A stretch of 9,170 nucleotides of DNA, taken from contig CM082577.2 of assembly GCA_040954595.2 (NCBI GenBank), positions 10,761,267 to 10,770,436 on the forward strand. Reading direction: 5' to 3'. Positions 1 through 9,170 of the stretch are shown here, in pieces (position 1 is the first letter of the stretch; the number at the start of each line of letters is the position of its first letter). Origin of the DNA: Balanoglossus misakiensis (taxonomy: Eukaryota; Animalia; Hemichordata). The notes below the pieces were generated by a model that saw nothing but the letters and a program-made list of their open reading frames with translations, searched no databases and was not told the origin of the DNA. A program made the translations under genes and the position numbers.

Positions 1-398
<398 letters not shown>

Positions 399-1129
399 TA
401 ATATAACACAGCCGGTGAGTATAATTTGTGCACACTTATAGTGTTATTCACGTAACACAACATTCGGGCCCACTTTTGTTAAATTACCTCTCTCTCTCTC
501 TTACAATCAATCACAATCATGATGATAATTATGTATATTACAATATGCTTGGTGTGAATAATATGCTTCGCTTCGCTCGGTGATTATTTCCCGCCAAATT
601 TGCTAATTTTCACCTGAGAGGTCTTATATCCGCAACCAAATAACCTCTAAAATATGACAAGCTACCCATGTCGTTGTATCTCACTTTTGCTGTCTTTGCT
701 GTAAGACTTGGACCTCATTTGAAAAAGGCCGCTGCGAAATTTGTTTCATGAGAGTCGGTCTCTGCTGCGATAGTTCTGCGATAGGTGCGCCACTTGGCTA
801 TAGGTTCGGTTCGATTGGTTGGAATGATTACTAGTAATCTAAGTCGGTATTTGCCATGAATGCAGATAAATTCTTGCAATTTGTTCACAATTTTACATGT
901 AAACACATGGCTTAGCTACATGTATTTACCACAAATTATGTTGTTTCAACAATTAAAGTTTAGCGCGCGAGATTATAAATCGAACGAGTGCCACTATTGA
1001 GTTTGTCATTTTAAAAGTGTTTCTTTTATTTGTCCGTGTTTTATCTCCGTGCAAACAATTATAAAATATAATTATATAAACCCTTAATTATATTATATTA
1101 TATTATATTCCTTCTTCATCAATGTTCAG

Positions 1130-1343
1130 GCTCCACAATTTCACAGGAACTTGCAGACGGCTTCAGAAAGTTCATCTACACTAAAAAAGATCTATCGAGG
1201 TCGTATTATGTTGGTTGGGGCATATGGTGCTGGGAAGACATCAACCAAACGGAGTCTATTCGACGAGCCTTTTCAAGAAATATATCACAGCACTGATGGA
1301 GCCGATATATACAAGATAGACATCACAGAATGGATAATTAATG
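1130..1343 (+). CDS. Exon 1 (in window): Roc domain N-terminus with P-loop and switch I
   Basis: Acceptor ...cttcttcatcaatgttcag|; donor G|GTATCT at 1344 (phase 1). Encodes APQFHRNLQ...RGRIMLVGAYGAGKTSTKRSLFDEPFQEIYHSTDGADIYKIDITEWIIN, with GxxxxGKT/S at 1217-1243 and STDG at 1289-1300. An alternative acceptor at 1146/1147 is possible. Confidence 0.85.
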
Positions 1344-1672
1344 GTATCTTATATTTTCTGCGACAGTAATAAATTAGGTTATTTATCGCAGCGGCGCTTC
1401 ATGTCATTAAGTTTTGGTCTAATTGTAATATTTTACACGAGTACCACGTACATGTACGTTAAAAATCATGTAGGCAGGTCTACTGAGCTCGTTAAAACGT
1501 GGTGGACGTTTTATAAGCATTTCTATTGAACTTAATGACAAATGATGTGAGATCCCAGGAGGGGCTAAGATTTTATGTTGCAAATTTTAAAACCATGATT
1601 CTTTATTAATATTCGTATTGCAACGTAAATGTGATCTAAACAAACGGGAGCATGTTTCCGTTTATGCTTTTT

Positions 1673-1784
1673 TACGGGATGCCGACTAAATCATTATTTA
1701 AGCCCACTACTTGTATTCTACAACTACTACGGGATGCCGACTAAATCATTATTTAAGCCCACTACTTGTATTCTACAACTACTA
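1673..1784. repeat. Exact 55-bp tandem duplication
   Basis: TACGGGATGCCGACTAAATCATTATTTAAGCCCACTACTTGTATTCTACAACTAC at 1673-1727 and 1728-1782, followed by TA. Confidence 0.95.
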
Positions 1785-2052
1785 TGTAACTGACGACCGT
1801 TTGCGAAGAAACGTTGTGCATTACTGGCGGGTATTGGGTTGATCAGGATTCATAATCTAAGATATATTTCATTATAATCCATTAATCGGGTCTTTAAATG
1901 TCGATTGTACAGAAAGACAAACGGCCAGACAGGAATCAGTCACGGAGGCTTTAACAAATAGCAAGTCGACCACTTAATCGGCATGAAAGCCCATTGTTTT
2001 GATAACTGATTTGATGAATGGAATGTATGACACATTCCGTCCTCTTGTTTAG

Positions 2053-2351
2053 AATGTGTCACCAAAATCCAAAGCGCACAATCTTCAGAAGGGACCCAGA
2101 AGTTATTAGAAGATGTTCTTCTTCTTGGGATGACCGATAACACATCACGTAGCTCGACTGGAGCATCTTCCATGGACGTTGCCAAAGTTGCCGATGTACT
2201 GGATGCAATCAAGCTGAAAGGAGAAGGAATACGGGATGTCCAGGAACGACTCAGGCGTCGTTTGGAGACAACTAGCGACCATAATGTACCTGATATGTAC
2301 TTCAGTTTGTGGGATTATGCGGGACAAAGTCTTTACTACATCACTCATCAG
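2053..2351 (+). CDS. Exon 2: Roc insertion plus G3/switch II motif
   Basis: Acceptor ...tcctcttgtttag| (phase 1 matches exon 1); donor CAG|GTATAT (phase 0). Open frame ending FSLWDYAGQSLYYITHQ, the Roc-type WD[FY]xGQxxYYxTH signature (WDYAGQ at 2310-2327). Confidence 0.88.
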
Positions 2352-2580
2352 GTATATGTTCTATAATCTTCTTCTGTTTGGGCCTGAAATATGCAGCTTT
2401 GACGCAAGAGCTATGATAATGCAGCCACGGTTCAATATGGCAAAATGTTCACATTGATATCGTAGACTCTTTGCATTTTTAAAAATGTCCCCCTTTCGAT
2501 GTACATGTACAATTGTTGTCCTGAACTCCAGCAGGCTGTCGACATGTAATCTGTTATCTGTTACGCATGAACTCCTCAAG

Positions 2581-2942
<362 letters not shown>

Positions 2943-2944
2943 AG

Positions 2945-3047
2945 GTTTTTCTTGGTAGCCAGGCAATTTACCTTCTTGTCACTGACCTCACCAAATCCCT
3001 AGACGATACCATGTCTACCGATTTGGACAACGACTGGACAGTAAAGG
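2945..3047 (+). CDS. Exon 3: Roc domain core
   Basis: Acceptor (CT)n-CAG| at 2942-2944 (phase 0); donor G|GTATTT at 3048 (phase 1). Encodes [21 protein letters not shown]...WTVK, continuing the Roc THQxFL...AxYLLVxDL pattern. Confidence 0.88.
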
Positions 3048-3120
3048 GTATTTACCATTTACATGTGACCCACTAACATTTTTTACCAAAATTAAAAGAT
3101 TGCACTCATACCATCCATAC

Positions 3121-3211
<91 letters not shown>

Positions 3212-3214
3212 TTT
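3121..3214. repeat. (TTTA)n tetranucleotide microsatellite
   Basis: Uninterrupted run of about 23 units. Confidence 0.97.
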
Positions 3215-3645
3215 CAATTGAAGATTAAAATCATCACGTGCAGAGCGTGCACCCCGTCAAGTTTCATGTGGGCGCATGGCTGTCATTTGTCGTTATTGCA
3301 GCATAATTTTGAAACCACAGTTTTGCCATTCATCCAACTGGAAACGTTAACTGCGAACACTTTCCGAAGTGCTCTCATTATTTGGCCATTGGGAAATAAA
3401 GCACAACAAATATTGGCGCAAGTTGACAGACCTTTATGTATGAGATAAAGGCAGTCTTAACTTTTAGCTCCGATATATCAATAGCCCAGTCAACTAATAC
3501 TGTCTGACGAAGAGAAAGTCTGGAAACATTACACCTTGCTTAACCATTCGAAAAGCAAAACTAAAACCCAAACCTTAAAACCTTATATTACCCGGTGAAA
3601 TATTTCATTCACAGATATATGTCTACCTACCACCTTCCCCATTAA

Positions 3646-3833
3646 AGGTATACAGTCACCTATGCACATTTAGGTACAGTTACCATGGCAAATTGAGATC
3701 TAAGCAATCACAGATTTTCAGTGGGTGACACACGCGAAAAAAGAGTGCCTCCATATGTTCTTTTATTAGAACACTCAAATACGCAATTTCAGCCATACAT
3801 GGGCGTGTTTACATTGGAGGTGGCTGTATACCT
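3646..3833. mobile_element. 188-bp MITE-like element with TTAA target-site duplication (Kolobok-like termini)
   Basis: 16-bp terminal inverted repeats AGGTATACAGTCACCT (3646-3661) and AGGTGGCTGTATACCT (3818-3833), 15/16 match, flanked by TTAA at 3642-3645 and 3834-3837. No coding capacity seen. Confidence 0.75.
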
Positions 3834-3875
3834 TTAATCCATTCATTCATCCAGCCACTCACGCAAACGGACGCG

Positions 3876-3893
3876 TGCGCGCGCACACACACG

Positions 3894-3928
<35 letters not shown>

Positions 3929-3949
3929 CGAAATAACCCCCCCCCCCCC
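3876..3949. repeat. (CG)/(CA)n microsatellite followed by a poly-C run
   Basis: Alternating purine-pyrimidine tract to 3926; C13 at 3937-3949. Confidence 0.93.
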
Positions 3950-3996
3950 TTTTTCACATATAACTCCCTTTCCAAGACATCTTCGTTTTATTTTAG

Positions 3997-4114
3997 AATT
4001 CCTGAGTTTTTGGACGAATTCGATTCATACCCATGCAAGACCAGAAAAAGTGTAAAAGGAACACTTGCACCACCTGTCATCGTCTTAGGAACCAAGAAAG
4101 ACCGACTCGTACAG
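3997..4114 (+). CDS. Exon 4: Roc helix and G4 motif, split by a -1 frameshift
   Basis: Acceptor ...cgttttattttag| (phase 1). The incoming frame reads EFLSFWTNSIHTHARPEKV* (TAA 4053-4055). The -1 frame reads SVKGTLAPPVIVLGTKKDRLVQ up to donor CAG|GTAGGG at 4115 (phase 0). Both halves match the Roc xWLxSIxxxA...PVIxVGTxxD pattern. Confidence 0.82.
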
Positions 4115-4322
4115 GTAGGGCATTCAGTTAAACATTCATTGGCAAGTCGCTTACTGAAACACATTGTTTCACCTGAATTACAGTCAAATGTGGAATTATT
4201 GGCAATACAATGAAATATGCCTATATCGTACATATTGTACAACACGTGCTGATTCCCATGCAAAAGATTGATTTAGCAAATCTTCATAGTAGAGTTTTAT
4301 CGTGGATTTCTCCCCTTGGCAG

Positions 4323-5580
4323 GGGAAGCGCTTTCCTTGGGCTAAAAACAAACATATCCGAGAAGCGTCTAAGGAACGTCTCGACGAGATCGGGAACTAC
4401 CTGAGAAAACATGCAACCATGGCAGTTAATGCACATGTTGTCGACACGATTGCCATTGACAACAAATCAAGAAAATGGTATAATGGCACCGTTCGTGATC
4501 CAGGCATTGTATATCTTCGACAAAAGATACAGGAGCTTGCAAAGGATCATTTCTATCTGGGGGAAGTATCCGTAAAGTGGGTGCGCTTGGAATTGTCACT
4601 GAGGCAGCAGCAGAAGCAGACGATGACCTTAGACGAAGTGAAGAAGTTGGGAGAAGAGTTGGAAATGGGAGAAGATGAAATAAGCAAAGCTTTGGCGTTC
4701 TATCACGATGTCGGGGAAATTCTACACTTCACGTCAATACCTGAACTCAGCGAAACTGTCATCTTGGATGTTGGGTGGTTGGTTAATCTATTCAAGATAT
4801 TGATCACCCAATCTGTTGCAGACCAGGCATCAAACGTCCCACCAAAAATGGTCAGTCAGATTGAGGAGTTGCACAGTGAAGGAAGATTGCATGACGAGTT
4901 GTTGGATTATCTACTGAAACGCCACGACCGCCTGCATGACAAAGCGATTCTCCTGGCAACATTGACGATGTATGACGTCCTTTGGGAGATGCCTGGCAAA
5001 CCTGGCGTATATTATGTACCAAGTCTACTGAAGAAGGACACAGAAGGGAAGAATAGTGCTGTGTTCCCAGCAGGCTCCAAATCATGCGGTCCACTCTATT
5101 TCCATTTCACGGGGAATTTCCTTCCGGAGGGGTTATTCTACCGACTTGTTGTCCGATGCTTGAAGCGATGGCCCAACCGAGAAATCGTCCTGCGACGGCA
5201 TAAAGCTCGCATATTCATCATCCTAGAAGATTTGCAAATAACTCTTTGCAAACGTGGATCGGATATCGAGCTTGACGCAATACTTCTCAACGACTCCCAA
5301 CGTGACCCGAGCCTACATCCACATCATCTCAGAAACGTGTACAAGGAGGTTGTCAACGAATTACAACAACTTATCAAGACATACGCCCCTGGTTTGGAGT
5401 ACAAAGTCTGCATTAAGTGCGACTGTCCAAATCACTCTCCGGGGAAATTACTAGAAGGTTCTGAAGATACAGATGACCGATGTGTTGAAATCAAAGAAAC
5501 GGAAAACACAAGACATGCCGTCTGTCCTCAGAGCGCCACATCTATTAAGTCTCCAGCTTTGGATATGTGGTATGGCAAAG
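4323..5580 (+). CDS. Exon 5: end of Roc and complete COR domain
   Basis: Acceptor ...tttctccccttggcag| (phase 0); donor AAAG|GTGAGC at 5581 (phase 1). 1258-nt open frame with COR-type motifs KWVRLELSL, ALAFYHDVGEILHF, VILDVGWLVNLFKILIT, YYVPSLL and FLPEGLFYRLVVRCL. Confidence 0.92.
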
Positions 5581-5924
5581 GTGAGCTTTTGGGTATTAAG
5601 AAAAACTGTTAAGGGTTTAATAAGCAATATGATGCACTTAATCAATTGTATAATTAATGTAACAGAATATTTATGAGGAATTCTTAATCACTGACCGCCC
5701 AAAGACATTCTCGTTTAGAATGTAACGTTATTAAACTGCAGTCATCAATTCGTTGGTTTAGACATCTTGCGTGTGGTCTGTCAGTCAATGCACAGCTTAC
5801 GTACAAATTACATTACATGTATATAGCAAAAAAAAAACATAATGCCACTTTTCTAAAGGGAATTTTGTTTTCATTTAGTGACGGCAAGAAATAAAATCAT
5901 TTCTGTCTTTCGTTTTAATTTTAG

Positions 5925-5988
5925 ATCATGATGGACGGATGGAAATAGGAACAAGTGTACCTCGCCCGGATTCTGCGGAAAGTGATAG
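5925..5988 (+). CDS. Exon 6: short linker exon (DHDGRMEIGTSVPRPDSAESD)
   Basis: Acceptor ...tctttcgttttaattttag|; donor AG|GTAGTT at 5989. Enters in phase 1 and exits in phase 2, exactly bridging exon 5 and exon 7. Not present in the ORF track. Confidence 0.75.
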
Positions 5989-6625
5989 GTAGTTGATATT
6001 ACAATATTTTAAATTGATCTAACGGAGCCGCAGATTGAGATTAATAACCATTGAATGATATTTTGCACTCCTCGTGGTTAACACCACACTGCATGCTCGG
6101 AATGACGAAAGGAGATGTTTTAATATCTTTTGAATGTTCCTTCGTTTGTGAGTTCCATAGTTTCCGTGCATAATGTTTCGGTTCGTGCAGATTTTTATTA
6201 TCAATTTGAAATCAACCTCACCTGATTAGCATGATGCCCCACTCTGTAATTAACCGCTGTTGGCAATCCGATGACTACTACAACTCAACAATAATATGAA
6301 AACCCAGAAAAATAATGTTTGTATTATCAATCAAGAGACAAATTGCCTGTAAGTCAAACATCTAACTATATAAACGGCGATAACATTCCTTTGGTTCTTA
6401 TAAAATTGTATGATAGAGATATAAAGGGCTGCCCTGACATCAGATTATGAAAGCTTTGGTATGTCAGTGTATAGGCTCCAAGTATATGTTACATAACACA
6501 TCGTAGCGAATATTTCAGAAAATAACCTGAATTAGATATTTATGGGATGTATTGGTGAGGTTGTGACTCGGGACTTATTTAAATTATAGCATGTCTAATT
6601 TGACATATATCTCTTACGCCCCCAG

Positions 6626-6911
6626 TTGGCAGAAGAGAGCAACCCGTCTTCATCCACTGAAAAGACTCTACAATGAGTTAAACGAAGAAATGGGCAAGCA
6701 AGATGAGGATGGCTTGAGACACCTACTGGAAGGACATCAAATTCCAAAGAGGGAGCTGGAGGATCTTCGCAGTCCTGCGGCCATCTTCCAGAGGCTACAA
6801 GAGAAAGGTCACATTTCAGAGAAAGATCTGAGTTTCTTGAAAGAAATACTTGGCATTATGCGCCGTGAACCTCTGGTACGACGGGTAGAAGCTTGTGAGA
6901 GAACACTGGAG
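6626..6911 (+). CDS. Exon 7: death effector domain (DED)
   Basis: Acceptor ...ctcttacgcccccag| (phase 2); donor GAG|GTATGG at 6912 (phase 0). LKRLYNELNEEMGKQDEDGLRHLLEGHQIPKRELEDLRSPAAIFQRLQEKGHISEKDLSFLKEILGIMRREPLVRRVEACE aligns by eye with the FADD/caspase-8 DED pattern (LKFL.., KRKLE, LFxxLxExxxI, LxxLxELLxxxRRxDLLxxV). Confidence 0.85.
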
Positions 6912-6980
6912 GTATGGTCTGAAAAGCCATAAGAGAAAAGCGTGCAACCATTCAACAGGTGAGGCGTTATCCTTTTATCT

Positions 6981-7129
6981 CAATCTGATTAATATCAGAT
7001 GTAGAGTTATATAGGAGCTTCGCGCTGTCTTTGGCTGTTCTCTGTCTTTGTCTTGTCTGTTCTCGGTGTCCGACTGGAACAGAAAGGTAAAGACGGTGCC
7101 CATCACTACATCTGATTTTAATCAGATTG
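6981..7129. mobile_element. 149-bp MITE-like element with 24-bp TIRs and ~10-bp TSD
   Basis: CAATCTGATTAATATCAGATGTAG (6981-7004) is the reverse complement of CTACATCTGATTTTAATCAGATTG (7106-7129) at 23/24. The flanks CCTTTTATCT (6971-6980) and CCTTTTAGCT (7130-7139) are 9/10 identical direct repeats. Confidence 0.78.
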
Positions 7130-8002
7130 CCTTTTAGCTGTAAACACTATATTCAGCAAACTATACAATCTAACAGAACTTCATCTAGAAAGCGAACGGT
7201 ACGTGTTATGGACAAAAACGTGTAATATTCACGAAGTCTTACTTGTAGACCTGTACATTTACAACTTGCAGTGCACTTTGATATGGGGGTCACACACACA
7301 CCATTAAAACGATTCCGAAGTGTCTCAGATCAGGTACCGTCTTAAAAAAACACGTGTGGACGGTGTATAATGGTTCTGAAACAGCTTGGATTTGAGACGG
7401 CTTAGCCGATCAGACCTGAGCCGGTGTAAAGATTGTCTTCGGGCCCGAACCTCAGCGCCTACACATAACTTTGTGTGTGTGGACACAACGCGTACGCGAC
7501 CCAAAAGATTAATGCGCTGTGTTTACCACAGGCAAATAGTGTCTCAAATTTTTCCCTGTGTGAACCTGGTATGAGTGTTGCACAGGTGTAGTATGTGCCA
7601 GGCAGAATCCTACCGTAAACAGGACTAACGGGCCAATCATTTGTAGTTGATCCGAACGGTGTTTTGGTGAGGTCACCAAGGGGTATTTTGAAAAGTCAAC
7701 CAGGATCACTCAGAGATCTTTCTTTTCTTCCTACCTCAAACCGCCATACCCTGGGCATACACATGCATAGTACATAGTTTGGCTGCAATACACAGATTTT
7801 ACAGCCTGACAACCTATCCAATCTGCTTTGTTTTACCAATCGGAATTTTTTTACCTGGGACACTTAATCAATGAAACAGTTATTTCTTAACAATTGTTAG
7901 CAGGATACATTGTTTGAAGACTATTGTGTAACAGCTGAACTGAAAATGAAAGACATCGCCCAATGTTTACAGACATCTTTTGTTGTTTCTCTCAATATCT
8001 AG

Positions 8003-8023
8003 AATGGACGTGTGAACGAGTAA
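8003..8023 (+). CDS. Putative terminal coding exon (NGRVNE*)
   Basis: Pyrimidine-rich acceptor ...ttttgttgtttctctcaatatctag|; the phase-0 reading AAT GGA CGT GTG AAC GAG TAA is compatible with the exon 7 donor. It is short, so there is no homology support. Confidence 0.5.
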   Translation, partial: NGRVNE

Positions 8024-8433
8024 ATACTCCTATGAACTTCAGGAGGTCAGAGGTTACCTGGGAAACCATATGCTGCAGAGGCAGTTCATGGCTGGACACT
8101 GTTGAGGTTTAATCACCACAACGAAAGCATTGCAGCTAGAATTAACTGTTTAGTGTCAATCCGAAAAATTATACAAAATTTAGGTTTAGGTATGTCTATG
8201 AAATGTTGGAGCAATTTAGCAAAGTCCTGAGCATTTCATGCTATTTAAAGTTACTTTAAATGGCCACTATATGAAATGATGTTTGTAATTTTTTCACGGT
8301 TTTTGCTGTTAGTGACGAATTTATATGTGGTGTCAATTTCACAACATCAATCATAAGACAAGCAATTGTTTGTGAGATTAATCAGTCTGTTTGTCAATTA
8401 TCTCCTGATCTTTATGTTTTCTAACTTGAGTTG

Positions 8434-9170
8434 AAAATGTATTTTTATCACAAAGAAGATGGATTTTTTACTTAAATTCATTGTAAGTTTTTTGTATTCA
8501 AGTAATTTGGTTCTAAGGTATAAGGGTGGCATTGTACTCAAACTATATTTTATCATTTTGACAGTAATGCTAGGAAACTAATAAGCGAGGATTTCAGTGT
8601 GTAAGTAATGATTTATTCGATTCGAAATGTACCCTTTTATGACAAAATTGTTTGAAATTTATTGTTAGTTTCAAGTAATTTTGTTATAGGGTATACGGAT
8701 GGCATTTTGTTCAAACTAGATTTTATCATTTTGTCAATAATACTAAGTCTAACAATGGAGATTTTGCCCAGTATTACATGATTTGTTTGGAAATCAGTCG
8801 ATTCTGCCATTATTGTGATATTTTGTGTCCTATATTGAGAGGAAAATGTATCTTTTTATCACAAACTAGTTGATTGTTTTCAAGTAGATTTGTTTTATAT
8901 AAGGACGACATTTCAGTGTGTATTCGAAAGTAAAATGACCCTTATATCACAAGTAGATTGATTGTTTTAAATTTATTGTTAGTTGTTTATGCAAAGTTTG
9001 GTTATAGGGTATAAGGATTATTCAAACCATCCTTTTTTCATTTTGTCAGTACTGCAAAGACTAAAAATCTAGGATTTCAATGTGTAAGACACGATAATTC
9101 GATTTATCACAAAATTGTTTGACATTCATTGTTAGTTTCAAGTAGTTTGGTTAGGGGTATAAGAATGGCA
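8434..9170. repeat. Diverged AT-rich tandem repeat, about 5 irregular copies
   Basis: A motif of the form TTCAAGTA(A/G)TTTGGTTATAGGGTATAAGGATGGCATT recurs at about 8497, 8670, 8879, 8990 and 9137. Shared flanking blocks include TTTTATCACAAA, AATTTATTGTTAGTT, TTTTATCATTTTG and GGATTTCAGTGTGTAAG. It runs off the window end. Confidence 0.8.

Noticed and set aside
440-600. Short repeated or inverted motifs (TTATTCAC/GTGAATAA, AATATGCTT twice, GCTTCGCTTCGCTCGG) suggestive of a decayed interspersed repeat
   Set aside because: No definable boundaries, TIRs or TSD.
3875-3996. His/Thr-rich and poly-Pro start of ORF 3875..4213
   Set aside because: Translation of (CA)n and poly-C intronic repeats upstream of the acceptor at 3995-3996.
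4038-4060. Programmed -1 ribosomal frameshift or a micro-intron as the explanation for the frame change
   Set aside because: No in-frame X_XXY_YYZ slippery heptamer (codons are CCA GAA AAA GTG), and the possible GT..AG spans (7 or 9 nt) are too short and do not restore the frame.
4302-5612. 436-aa ORF as a standalone prokaryote-style gene
   Set aside because: It starts at GTG in intronic sequence, lacks Roc G1-G4, and is bounded by strong splice sites in phase with neighbouring exons.
7283-7572. Possible third MITE bounded by GGGGTCACACA and TGTGTGAACC
   Set aside because: The inverted match is only about 9-10 bp, includes CA repeat, and has no clear TSD; not supportable without a genome search.
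8434-9170. CRISPR-like array
   Set aside because: The copies are degenerate, the intervening sequences resemble each other rather than being unique spacers, and the context is a spliced eukaryotic gene.

Overview
Eukaryotic (animal-like, probably invertebrate) genomic DNA. It holds the 3' part of a multi-exon + strand gene for a ROCO-family protein: a Roc GTPase (G1 GAYGAGKTS, switch-I STDG, G3 WDYAGQ, G4 GTKKD), a COR domain, and a C-terminal death effector domain (DED). Manual splicing gives 8 exons (1130-1343, 2053-2351, 2945-3047, 3997-4114, 4323-5580, 5925-5988, 6626-6911, 8003-8023). All introns are GT-AG with matching phases, but a single-base frameshift inside exon 4 (most simply in the A5 run at 4045-4049) must be invoked. 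Corrected, the model gives about 787 aa with no start codon in the window. The introns carry two MITE-like elements (one with a TTAA TSD, one with a roughly 10-bp TSD), an exact 55-bp tandem duplication and several microsatellites. A diverged AT-rich tandem repeat fills the last ~730 bp. Domain calls come from reading motifs by eye; no searches were run.
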